From the NCBI GenBank assembly GCA_030066715.1, contig JASJBC010000004.1, forward strand, positions 1-58,045: 58,045 nucleotides of DNA, written 5' to 3'. Origin of the DNA: Acidimicrobiia bacterium. Its GTDB lineage: Bacteria > Actinomycetota > Acidimicrobiia > Spongiisociales > UBA5794. Below are positions 18,939-27,229 of this stretch, piece by piece. Under the pieces are notes generated by a model. That model did no database searches, was not told where the DNA came from, and saw nothing but the letters and a program-made list of their open reading frames with translations. Position numbers and translations under genes: made by a program. Position 1 is the first letter of the stretch, and each line of letters opens with the position of its first letter.

Positions 18939-18982
18939 CGTTCTTGCGTAACTGGCGGCACATATTGGCCGCCAGTTACGCA
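18939..18982. repeat. palindromic (REP-like) hairpin repeat, copy 1
   Basis: cgttcttgcgtaactggcggcacatattggccgccagttacgca. 15-bp arms at 18945-18959 and 18968-18982, with an 8-nt loop. Begins 16 nt after the SDR stop. Identical over 44 nt to 19937-19980. Confidence 0.9.
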
Positions 18983-19031
18983 TTCTTGGTGGGTGGGGCG
19001 TCGTGTCACCCCCGAGGTTCATGGTGGTGGC

Positions 19032-19949
19032 ATGAACGCAGACGCAGAACTCGCACTTTTGGCAGCAGATCAACACGGGGTGTTCTCGGTTCGTGACGCC
19101 GACCGGCTGGGTGTGCCGCCGCGCACCATCCGCCGTCACTCCGGATCCGGGCGCTACGAGCGGCTGTACCCAGGTGTATACGCCGTCGCCGGAAGCGTGG
19201 ACACTCCGCTACGACGGATGGTTGCCGCGGCGAAGTCGTTTCCAGCCATCGCGGCGATATCGCATCAGACGGCGGCCGAGCTGTGGGGCATGGGCAGCAG
19301 CAGGGCTATCGGCTTCGAAGTCGTCACGACTCGGTGGGACAGGTCACACCGTCCCGGGCTCGTGGTGCACGAGTCCCTTGATCTCATTGCCGACGACATA
19401 GTCATCGTCGACGGAATTCCGGTGACAACCGCGGCTCGGACCGTCGTCGACCTGGGAGCCTCCAACAGATGGATGGTGGAGTCCGCACTGGAGCAGGGGA
19501 TCCGACTCAACCACTTCACACTCGACGATGTCGAGGCATTCATCGCCAGGGTGGCTCGTCGTGGCCGTCGCGGCGTCGGTGTCATCCGACCTCTCGTTGC
19601 GGCGCGCCGCCGCTGGGACTCGGTCACGGAGAGCGTCCTCGAGGACAAGTTCCGGAAGCTGCTGGCGGATGCCGGGCTTCCGGACGCAGCCACTCAGTTC
19701 GTCGTCACGGACGACCAAGGCCTGTTCGTCGCCCGCGTCGACTTCGCCTATCCCGCAGCACGGGTGCTGATCGAGTTGGACAGCGAAGCCCATCACATGG
19801 ATCGGTTGGCCTTCAGGCATGACCGATCGAAGCAGAACCGAGCATCCGTTCTCGGCTGGACCGTGCTCCGCTACACCTGGTGGGACATCGTCGAGCGCCC
19901 GACAGGTGTCGTCACCGAGATCGACCGAGCCATCAGCGTTCTTGCGTAA
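19032..19949 (+). CDS. DUF559 (Vsr-endonuclease-like fold) protein with AbiEi_4-like N-terminal HTH
   Basis: N-terminus LLAADQHGVFSVRDADRLGVPPRTIRRH. C-terminus ELDSEAHHMDRLAFRHDRSKQNRASVLGWTVLRYTWWDI is DUF559-like. The stop TAA (19947-19949) lies inside repeat copy 2. Confidence 0.75.
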   Translation: MNADAELALLAADQHGVFSVRDADRLGVPPRTIRRHSGSGRYERLYPGVYAVAGSVDTPLRRMVAAAKSFPAIAAISHQTAAELWGMGSSRAIGFEVVTTRWDRSHRPGLVVHESLDLIADDIVIVDGIPVTTAARTVVDLGASNRWMVESALEQGIRLNHFTLDDVEAFIARVARRGRRGVGVIRPLVAARRRWDSVTESVLEDKFRKLLADAGLPDAATQFVVTDDQGLFVARVDFAYPAARVLIELDSEAHHMDRLAFRHDRSKQNRASVLGWTVLRYTWWDIVERPTGVVTEIDRAISVLA

Positions 19950-19984
19950 CTGGCGGCACATATTGGCCGCCAGTTACGCAAGAA
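19937..19984. repeat. palindromic (REP-like) hairpin repeat, copy 2
   Basis: 19-bp arms at 19939-19957 and 19966-19984, with loop acatattg. 19937-19980 is identical to copy 1. Confidence 0.9.
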
Positions 19985-19990
19985 ACGAGA

Positions 19991-20020
19991 GAGGGGTGGC
20001 CCTGGCCCGGGCCACCCCTC
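19991..20020. terminator. GC-rich hairpin between convergent genes (candidate bidirectional terminator)
   Basis: gaggggtggcc / ggccacccctc forms an 11-bp stem with an 8-nt loop. Lies between the DUF559 gene (+) and the lipoprotein gene (-, stop at 20040). No clear U-tract. Confidence 0.45.
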
Positions 20021-20039
20021 CGCCGAACTGCCCCTACCG

Positions 20040-20531
20040 CTAGCTCTTGGATTCGTCGGTTTCGAGTCGGAACTCCATGCGGAGATCGTTCTCGGTGAGC
20101 TCGACTGCCACCAGGGTGCTGTCCGGGTCCTCCTTGGCATCCTCCTCGAGTTGCTTGGCGAGCTCCTCGTTCCAGATGTCGGTGAGCTCCTGTGGGATGG
20201 GGATGTCGTTCCAAACGGCCTCAGTCACGTTGACGCCGAGATGGCCATCCACGACGAACATCTCCACCTTGAAGGAGACGTCGTCGACGCCGTCACCCCA
20301 CTCACTCTTGGCTTCCATCGTGACGAGCGCAAAGCCGTCCTTCATGTCCACGTCCATCGAGATGACGTTGGGGTCGTCGATCCCCTTGGCGAGCTCGTTG
20401 GCGAGGCTCTCCTCGGTGAGCACGGTCTCGATCTGCAACGAACCGTCGTCGTTGCGGGACACGTCGATGCTGCACGCTCCGGCGAGGAGCGCAAAGGCTG
20501 CCACTGCAACCAGCATGATGATCCTGTTCAC
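20040..20531 (-). CDS. acidic lipoprotein, unknown function
   Basis: MNRIIMLVAVAAFALLAGAC is a lipobox. The mature part is Asp/Glu-rich. GTG start (alternative ATG at 20516). Confidence 0.7.
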   Translation of the reverse strand: MNRIIMLVAVAAFALLAGACSIDVSRNDDGSLQIETVLTEESLANELAKGIDDPNVISMDVDMKDGFALVTMEAKSEWGDGVDDVSFKVEMFVVDGHLGVNVTEAVWNDIPIPQELTDIWNEELAKQLEEDAKEDPDSTLVAVELTENDLRMEFRLETDESKS

Positions 20532-20682
20532 GATCCACCTCCGTTGGTGTGTTCAGTCACATTGGATCGCAGCGGTCGGCTTGCCGGTAGTCATGGGGAT
20601 CACCTCACCCCATGACAGCGCTCACATTCGAACGTGACGCAAATCACTAGGGCGTCATCGGCCGTGTGTCGATAATGCGGCC

Positions 20683-21900
20683 ATGAGAAGCTCCACCATC
20701 GAGCCCGGTCTGCTCAACGTCTTCCGCTGGTACGTGGCAATCCGGCTCAGCCTTCTCGCCATCGTCGCCTGGAGCAACCAGCAGAACCCGGACCCGACCA
20801 ACCCGCGGTTCCCCGAGGTCGGCATCGTGTTCTTCGGGATCATGATGATCATGCTGCTGTGGCCGCGGCTGCAGCGGATGATGGGACGGGCGTACCTGCC
20901 CGTGTTGCTCGTGCTGGCCTCGATCGCTCCGATTGCGGAGAGCGCGGCCAACGTCGAGGGTCGTCTCGACGCCGGGATGAGCATCAATGATGCCCTCGCC
21001 GATTACTGGATTCCGTTCTTCCTGCTGTTCGTTCCCCTGCTGCTGATCGCATGGCAGTACCGCTACCGGGCGGTCGTCGTCTTTGCGGTGGGGACCACGC
21101 TCCTCGACATGGGCTCGATCCTGCCCCTCGTGGAGACCGAGACGACGAACGTCGCCGAGTTGACCGCCCTCATCGTGGCGCGCGGCCTGCTGTTCCTGTT
21201 CGTTGGGCTTGTCGTCGTCAAGCTGTCCAAAGCCGGAAAGGAAGCACGCCGTTCGCTCGCCGTCCATTCCACAACGCTGGAGCACCTGGCGACGAGCCGC
21301 GAGCGCAACCGGCTGGCCCGTGAGCTGCACGACACCCTGGCGCACAGCCTGTCGGGTATCGCCGTCCAGCTCGAAGCGGTCAAGACCTTGTGGGATGAGG
21401 ACCCGACCCAGGCACGCACCATGCTCGACCAAGCCCTGCGTGACGCCCGCAGCGGGCTCGGCGAAGCGCGCCGTGCGATCCAAACGTTGCGTGCCTCCCC
21501 GCTGGAGGACCTCGGTCTCGCGGCGGCGATGGCCGAACTCGGCGAGACCGTCGCGGCACGGAACGGCATTCAGGTCACCACCACGATCGGGGACAAGCTC
21601 GGCGATCTGGACCCGGAACTGGAGAACGTCGTGTACCGCATCGCGGATGAGGCGCTCACCAACGTCTCACGTCACGCCTCCGCGGCCACGGCAACGGTCG
21701 ACCTGCGGCGCAAGTCGGGAAAGGTCAAGCTGCGTGTCAGCGACGACGGCGTTGGTTTTGACGTCGCCGCTCCGGCGCCGGACGGTCACATCGGAATCGC
21801 CGGGATGCGGGAGCGGGCGGAGATGGTCGGCGGGTCACTCGAGATCAGCAGCGGCGACCACGGCACTACCGTGGCGTTCGAGGTGAGCCCGTGGAAGTGA
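20683..21900 (+). CDS. sensor histidine kinase, NarL-class (HisKA_3), intramembrane-sensing type
   Basis: About 5-6 N-terminal TM segments with no large extracytoplasmic loop. H-box RERNRLARELHDTLAHSLSG. HATPase_c blocks present. Confidence 0.9.
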   Translation: MRSSTIEPGLLNVFRWYVAIRLSLLAIVAWSNQQNPDPTNPRFPEVGIVFFGIMMIMLLWPRLQRMMGRAYLPVLLVLASIAPIAESAANVEGRLDAGMSINDALADYWIPFFLLFVPLLLIAWQYRYRAVVVFAVGTTLLDMGSILPLVETETTNVAELTALIVARGLLFLFVGLVVVKLSKAGKEARRSLAVHSTTLEHLATSRERNRLARELHDTLAHSLSGIAVQLEAVKTLWDEDPTQARTMLDQALRDARSGLGEARRAIQTLRASPLEDLGLAAAMAELGETVAARNGIQVTTTIGDKLGDLDPELENVVYRIADEALTNVSRHASAATATVDLRRKSGKVKLRVSDDGVGFDVAAPAPDGHIGIAGMRERAEMVGGSLEISSGDHGTTVAFEVSPWK

Positions 21901-22538
21901 TCAAGCTCCTCATCTGCGATGACCAGGAGGTCGTGCGCGAGGGCCTGCGGGCGATCCTCGGCACCGTATCCGGGATCGAGGTGATGGGTGTCGTCGGCAA
22001 CGGAGCGGAGGCGGTCGAGGCGGTCGCCGCCGGTAGCCCGGATGTCGTGTTGATGGACCTGAACATGCCGATCAAGAACGGTGTCCAGGCCACCAGAGAG
22101 ATCGTTGCCTCCCATCCCGAGGTGAAGGTCCTCGTCCTCACCACATACGACGCCGAGGAGTGGGTGGTCGATGCCATTCGCGCCGGGGCGGCCGGATACT
22201 TGCTCAAGGATGCCCCGCGGGAGCAGCTGGTCGCAGCAATCAAGGGGACAGCGTCCGGGGCGACCCACGTCGATCCCGCAGTGGCCGGCAACCTCTTCTC
22301 GCTCGTTGCCACGGCAGGCGACGTCGCAAACACGAACGTCGCCGACAAGCTGAGCGAAAGGGAACTCGATGTGTTGCGGCTGCTCGGCAAGGGGCTCAGC
22401 AACAGCCAGATCGCTGCCCAGCTCTTCCTGTCCGAGGGGACGGTGCGCAACTACGTGAGTGCCGTGCTGGCCAAGCTCCAGGTCTCGGATCGGACCCAGG
22501 CCGCGGTGCTTGCGGTCAAGAACGGTCTCGTCGAGTAG
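21891..22538 (+). CDS. response regulator, NarL/LuxR family
   Basis: LICDDQEVVREGL...DVVLMDLNMP receiver domain. LSERELDVLRLLGKGLSNSQIAAQLFLSEGTVRNYV is a LuxR HTH. Overlaps the kinase stop. Confidence 0.9.
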   Translation: MEVIKLLICDDQEVVREGLRAILGTVSGIEVMGVVGNGAEAVEAVAAGSPDVVLMDLNMPIKNGVQATREIVASHPEVKVLVLTTYDAEEWVVDAIRAGAAGYLLKDAPREQLVAAIKGTASGATHVDPAVAGNLFSLVATAGDVANTNVADKLSERELDVLRLLGKGLSNSQIAAQLFLSEGTVRNYVSAVLAKLQVSDRTQAAVLAVKNGLVE

Positions 22539-22740
22539 TTCTCACCAACCTCTTAAGCGCGCCTTGCCCCTGTCTTACATGTGTGGCGGACAATGACGTA
22601 GTCATGGAGTCATGACCACAACCGAATAGTTCGCACGCAGGGAACACCCGGGGCTCACTCCCTTCCTCCCTCCCGGCCGGGCAGTCTTCGCAGACGAGGC
22701 CAGGCATCCCGAGTCGGAACTGCGTGCGGCGCCCTCCCCC

Positions 22741-22769
22741 ATCAGTCCCGGTGTTGCACCGGGACTGAT
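22741..22769 (-). terminator. perfect 13-bp-stem hairpin immediately after the small minus-strand ORF
   Basis: atcagtcccggtg-ttg-caccgggactgat lies 12 nt downstream of the ORF stop at 22781. No U-tract follows on the minus strand. Confidence 0.4.
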
Positions 22770-22780
22770 CTCGTGGTGGA

Positions 22781-23032
22781 TCAGTGCGCGGCGGGAGTGG
22801 TCATCAGCAGTTGCTCCGCCGTGAGGGGAGGGCAATCGCCGCTGACGACGGGAGCACGATCATTCCGGGGTCGTGATGCCGAACGTGTGGGCAGGTCCCA
22901 GACCAGGACACTTCCACACTCGGGGCACCACTCAAAACCTTCATCACGCAGTTCGTCGTGATGAAGGAGACGCTCCTCACTGCCCATCTGCTGATAGTCG
23001 GGTTCCATTCTTGGAATGTCGGCAGATTGCAT
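22781..23032 (-). CDS. hypothetical small protein with a CPECG zinc-ribbon-like knuckle
   Basis: 83-aa ORF (internal M at MEPDYQQMG...). FEWCPECGSVLVWD. Third-codon positions are much less GC-biased than in neighbouring genes, so coding status is uncertain. Confidence 0.3.
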   Translation of the reverse strand: MQSADIPRMEPDYQQMGSEERLLHHDELRDEGFEWCPECGSVLVWDLPTRSASRPRNDRAPVVSGDCPPLTAEQLLMTTPAAH

Positions 23033-23087
23033 CGGAACTTGAAGCGCCTCCTATGAAACCCATCGTACCGCGGGTACGCTCCGCCAC

Positions 23088-23999
23088 ATGCTTCCTGAGA
23101 TCCGGGAATGGCTCCTCGCCGGAGACGCTTCGATCCGCTGGCAGGTGATGCAGGATCTCCTCGACCGGGCGCCTGCGACCGTCGATCGGGAGCGAGGGAG
23201 AGTGGCGACCACAGGCTGGGGGAAGCGGCTGCTCGACCACCAGGACCCCGAGGGCACCTGGGCTCAGGGCATCTACGGCAGGAAGTGGGTCAGCACGACG
23301 TATACCCTGCTCCTGCTGCGGCATCTCGGGCTGCGGGGCACGAATCGGGCGGCCCAGCGCGGCTGTGCCCGGCTGTGGGATGCGATGGTGGTCGAGGGGG
23401 GAATCACATCCCCGACGGCCACAACCCCACCGGACGTATGCATCTCTGCCTTCTGGCTCCTGCTCGCTGCGTACTACGGCTACCACGACGATCGCATTCC
23501 CGCCGTTACCGATTGGGTCTTGGAGAATCAACTCGAGGACGGGGGATGGAACTGCGAGACCATTCGCACCGGCAGCACCCATAGCTCGTTCCACACGACG
23601 ATCCAGGTGCTCGAAGCGCTACAGGAGATGGGAGGCCACGATCTTGCCGCGTCTCGCGGCCGGGAGTTCCTGTTGGAGCATCGGCTGTATCGGTCGCACC
23701 GCACCGGTGAGGTGGCAAACAAGGCCTTCACGATGCTCTCCTTCCCTCCCCGCTGGCACTACGACATCTTGAGGGCGCTCGAGCACTTCCGTGTTGCCGA
23801 TGCGCCGGTCGATCCTCGTCTCGACGACGCTCTGGAGCTACTCCGCGCCAAGCAGCGCAGAGACGGCAAATGGCCTGTGCAGAACAAGCATGGAGGTCTC
23901 GTCTGGTTCGATATGGAGAGCGGACGGGAGCCCAGCCGGTGGAACACGCTGCGGGCGATGCGCGTGCTGCGCTGGGCCGCTAGCCCAGAGCCCGGTTGA
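23088..23999 (+). CDS. alpha/alpha-toroid protein with prenyltransferase/squalene-oxidase-like repeats
   Basis: Repeated D/E-G-x-W motifs (PEGTWAQG, EDGGWNCE, RDGKWPVQ). The N-terminus MLPEIREWLLAGDASIRWQVMQDLLD recalls a widespread actinobacterial family. Confidence 0.55.
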   Translation: MLPEIREWLLAGDASIRWQVMQDLLDRAPATVDRERGRVATTGWGKRLLDHQDPEGTWAQGIYGRKWVSTTYTLLLLRHLGLRGTNRAAQRGCARLWDAMVVEGGITSPTATTPPDVCISAFWLLLAAYYGYHDDRIPAVTDWVLENQLEDGGWNCETIRTGSTHSSFHTTIQVLEALQEMGGHDLAASRGREFLLEHRLYRSHRTGEVANKAFTMLSFPPRWHYDILRALEHFRVADAPVDPRLDDALELLRAKQRRDGKWPVQNKHGGLVWFDMESGREPSRWNTLRAMRVLRWAASPEPG

Positions 24000-25764
24000 G
24001 AAAAGCTGCCATCTCGCCGCGACGCACCGGGTCGTTGGGGCAGAACATGTCGTTCACGGGCGGGTTGCAGCCGCGAGTGATCCCGGCCCCGGCCAGCCGC
24101 TCGATGTTGATCTCGAAGACCGAACCGTCGTCGTCTACGAAACGCCTCCCACCCATGTCGCCCGTCAGCCCGAGGGCCCGTACCAGGAACGCCGCCATTT
24201 GCCCGCGAGTGACCGCGTCGCCGGGGCAGAACCTGTCGTTGTCGGGTGGATTGCAGCCGAGCGTGATCCCGGCTGCGGCCAACGACGCGATGTCGGCCGC
24301 ATGGACCGAGGCGGCAGTGTCGACAAAGGGGTCTGCCGGGGCAGCCGGAAGGTTGAGCGCACGAACGAGGAAGGTCGCCATCTGCTCCCTCGTCACTACA
24401 GAATCCGGGCAATACAGGTCGTTGGTCGGCGGGTTGCACCCCTTCGTCACCCCCTCATTGCCCAGCCAGGTGATGTTCGCCTCGAACAGATGCCCCGGAG
24501 GAACGTCGCGGAAGCCCGAGGGTGGGATGGGGCTCGACGACCCAAACTCGTCGGCGCCCACATCGGCTGCCGACCCGACCGGGCGAAAGTGCCCGTCGAA
24601 ATCGTCGCCAACGAGCGCCGTGCCCGGGGCCGCATCGATCGCTCCCGCCGCGGCGGCGGTGAGATGCAGGTCGCCGGCACCGGCGTCGACAAACCACCCG
24701 GGCTGGGCCGAGACCACGTTCCCCGTGACCACCGCACCGGCGCCGTTGCGCTGCCAGATCGGCCCGTCGGTCAGATTGTTGGCGATCGTCGCCGTCGTAG
24801 AGCTGAAGCGGTACTCGATCGTCCCCCACGGGAACGTTCCGTTCTGGATGACCGTGTTGTGATAGATCTCGACGTCGCGGGCGTAGTTCACGGTGATGCC
24901 GATGTCGCCCGCACCCTCGCGATAGATCATGTTGTTGCGGATAACGCCGCCCTGGTGGTCGTACGTTGTCTCGCCGTCCCGGGAGTTGGCATCCGGCGCC
25001 GAGAGCCCGAGTGCGATGGCGCGATCGCACTCGATGAAGAGGTTGCGCTCGACGATCGTGTCCAGGGAGTTCCGCCACATGAGGATGGCCGGTCCGGCGA
25101 GCTGTCCTTGGGGAGCACGAATCCTGAGGAAGGTGTTGTCGCGGATGATCCAACCGGAGCCGGCCAGGACATCCACGGCATTCGTGTAGTCGCTGCGCGC
25201 CCGGTCCGTGTACTCGAACTGGGAGCACTCCACTATCCCGTTGTCGGCGTAGGGCCCCGGCGGACCGGCGGTCGATCCCTTGACGAACTGCTCACCGGCG
25301 TCGATGAGGTGGAGGTTGTAAAGGTGAACGCCGTCGGCGTCGTCCTCCCCGTGAATCTGGATCAGGTGGTAGTAGGCGTCGCGCATAGTGAGATCGGCGA
25401 TGAGAACATCGGATGCGTCGTAGACGGCCATGACATGGGGGACGTTGCCGTACGCCGGGTTGCTCATCCCCGGTCCTCGCAGCACAACGCTCTCCCGGTC
25501 GCCGCTAACAGACCGGATGGTGACGTTGGTGACGCCCCGGACGTTGAGTGTGTTGGTCAGGTCGTAGACGCCGTCGGCGATGAGGATGGTTGTCCCCGAC
25601 ACGAGGTTGCCGATCGCGGCTTGCAGCTCGGGCACCGAATCAACCGTAACGGTCGTGCCCTGAGGAGGGGTCAGCGCCGGGCAGTTGGCTGCGGCGTGAG
25701 CGGGCGTTTGCGGCACGGCAACGACTGCTGTTGCCAGGGCGAGCAAGGCAATGGTGCGTCTCAT
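23980..25764 (-). CDS. secreted right-handed beta-helix (pectate-lyase-fold) protein with three C-terminal SLH-like repeats
   Basis: Signal peptide MRRTIALLALATAVVAVPQTPAHAA. Beta-helix-type blocks (IRDNTF, IVERNLF, IRNNMIY, IYHNTV, IANNLT). Three C-terminal repeats of F-D-x(10-20)-G(I/V)T-x-GCNPP-x-ND-x-(F/Y)CP-x(4-5)-(T/R)R-x-(Q/E)MA-x-FL-x-RAL. Confidence 0.8.
   Translation of the reverse strand: MRRTIALLALATAVVAVPQTPAHAAANCPALTPPQGTTVTVDSVPELQAAIGNLVSGTTILIADGVYDLTNTLNVRGVTNVTIRSVSGDRESVVLRGPGMSNPAYGNVPHVMAVYDASDVLIADLTMRDAYYHLIQIHGEDDADGVHLYNLHLIDAGEQFVKGSTAGPPGPYADNGIVECSQFEYTDRARSDYTNAVDVLAGSGWIIRDNTFLRIRAPQGQLAGPAILMWRNSLDTIVERNLFIECDRAIALGLSAPDANSRDGETTYDHQGGVIRNNMIYREGAGDIGITVNYARDVEIYHNTVIQNGTFPWGTIEYRFSSTTATIANNLTDGPIWQRNGAGAVVTGNVVSAQPGWFVDAGAGDLHLTAAAAGAIDAAPGTALVGDDFDGHFRPVGSAADVGADEFGSSSPIPPSGFRDVPPGHLFEANITWLGNEGVTKGCNPPTNDLYCPDSVVTREQMATFLVRALNLPAAPADPFVDTAASVHAADIASLAAAGITLGCNPPDNDRFCPGDAVTRGQMAAFLVRALGLTGDMGGRRFVDDDGSVFEINIERLAGAGITRGCNPPVNDMFCPNDPVRRGEMAAFLNRALG
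23983..24513 (-). repeat. three tandem, approximately 55-aa coding repeats (SLH-like, each with a Cys pair)
   Basis: Units: FRDVPPGH...FLVRALNL, FVDTAASV...FLVRALGL, FVDDDGSV...FLNRALG. Their shadow is visible as repeats in the opposite-strand ORF translations too. Confidence 0.8.
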
Positions 25765-25812
25765 GGCCGCATTGTGGTCGGCTTCCTGCGCCAACCGGAA
25801 CTGATTTCTGTC

Positions 25813-27060
25813 TCAGGATGTGTCGGCGACCTTGGTCTTGTCGACATCCAGGTTCATGGCCCGGAGGGCGGCGAGGAACGGAACCGACAGTGCGTATACG
25901 GCACCGCCGATCACGTATGCCGTCCCGTAGCTGAACGCGTCGGCGGCACGACCGAGGGCGGGCTGGATGACAACTCCACCTGCGCTTCCCATCAGCCCGT
26001 CGAACGACAACACGGTCGCTCTTTGCTCCGAGGCGATCAGAGAGTTCAACAGGGTCTGCCGGATCGGCATCGCCGCCGCCATCGTGATCGACGTGATGAC
26101 CAGAGCTGTCAGCGCAACCCAGAAACTCGAGGTGACACCGACGATGACCAGCGCAACCGTCTGGACGACCACAGAAAGAGTGAGAGCCGTCGAGCGGGCC
26201 GAGAACCAGCCCGAGGCCCTCGTGGCCACGAGTCCGCCCACCATGCGAGCTCCGGCAAACACGGCCGCAGCGGTGCCTGCGATCCACGTGGCGTTGGGGT
26301 CGCCGTAGAGGTCGAGTAGGTGCGGCTGGAACGCGTAGAACGCCCACAGCCCGACGCCGAAGGAGAACGGCGCCGACAGCATGATCAGCCGCACGGGCCG
26401 GTTGCGCAGACCCTGGTCGATGGAAGCCCGCGCAATCCGCGCCACCTCGGTGCGGAGCCCACCCGAACGGACCGGCTGGAAACCTATGTCGTGCATCGCC
26501 ACCCAGGCGAGCACGAACGTCACCAGCAGGAGCACCGAGCGCAGCAGATAAGGGACGGCGAAACCGAGCTGGGCGAGGGCGCCGCCGCCAACTGAACCGA
26601 TGAGCATGGCGGCGCCGCCGACCACGGCCGCCTTGCCAAAGACCTCCTCGAGCTGGTCCTCGCCACCGGTTGCGCCGAGCGCATCGACGAGCCACGCCTC
26701 CGTTGCTCCCGAGAAGAAGGTGAACCCGAGGCCGAGCAGGGCAGACACGATGATCCATGCCCACAGCGGACCGTTGATCGCCCACAGCCACAGGTAGAGA
26801 GCTGTGGTGACTCCCAGCGTGACCGTCCCCCACAGGTAGGAGGCTCGTCGCCCGACCACATCGGCGACAACACCGGTTGGGATCTCGAATACCACCATCC
26901 CCGCCGTGAACGCGGCGTTGGCGACGAACGCACCGGTGTTGGACAGTCCGGCGTCCAGCAGAAACAGCGTGTTGATGCCAAAGATCAGGGAGGCGGCGAG
27001 TGTCTGCACGAGCGTCAGCGCCAAGTACGTGCGACGGATAGCCGATGCAGTTGTGGCCAT
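25813..27060 (-). CDS. MFS transporter (12-TM type)
   Basis: Starts at ATG 27060 (MATTASAIRRTYLALTLVQT...). EIPTGVVADVVGRR motif-A-like loop. The ORF-track start at 27315 is an upstream extension. Confidence 0.8.
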   Translation of the reverse strand: MATTASAIRRTYLALTLVQTLAASLIFGINTLFLLDAGLSNTGAFVANAAFTAGMVVFEIPTGVVADVVGRRASYLWGTVTLGVTTALYLWLWAINGPLWAWIIVSALLGLGFTFFSGATEAWLVDALGATGGEDQLEEVFGKAAVVGGAAMLIGSVGGGALAQLGFAVPYLLRSVLLLVTFVLAWVAMHDIGFQPVRSGGLRTEVARIARASIDQGLRNRPVRLIMLSAPFSFGVGLWAFYAFQPHLLDLYGDPNATWIAGTAAAVFAGARMVGGLVATRASGWFSARSTALTLSVVVQTVALVIVGVTSSFWVALTALVITSITMAAAMPIRQTLLNSLIASEQRATVLSFDGLMGSAGGVVIQPALGRAADAFSYGTAYVIGGAVYALSVPFLAALRAMNLDVDKTKVADTS

Positions 27061-27229
27061 GCGACTCCCTCCCGGCGGCGCCGACGTTATCAGGCCGCGA
27101 CGGGCCAGTATGACGTCAAGGACCCGCCCAACGATGCCGAAGAAGAACGCTGTGACTAGTGACGGCGACTCCCGTTCGTTACCTGCATATCTTGCGGGGA
27201 CGCTCCTCCTACGCGGTCGTACCAGGCTG

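Noticed and set aside
18939-19984. Interpreting the hairpin repeats as integron attC sites, with the DUF559 gene as a gene cassette
   Set aside because: The gene-hairpin-gene-hairpin layout is cassette-like. However, the repeats are short, nearly perfect palindromes without the bulged bases or the R/L-box asymmetry of attC. No intI or attI is in the window, and the third copy is not in an array. Kept only as a remote alternative.
22516-22707. 63-aa minus-strand ORF with four Cys (CEDC...C...C) as a real zinc-ribbon gene
   Set aside because: Its 3' part overlaps the response-regulator gene end and has poor codon bias. No RBS is evident. It is retained only as part of the possible decayed-gene scenario in the gap finding.
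23791-26319. 842-aa plus-strand ORF spanning the beta-helix gene and part of the MFS gene
   Set aside because: Its Arg/Gly/Asp/Val-rich translation has no motifs, and it lies antisense to two minus-strand genes with clear signal-peptide, beta-helix/SLH and TM features. It is a typical shadow ORF of high-GC DNA.
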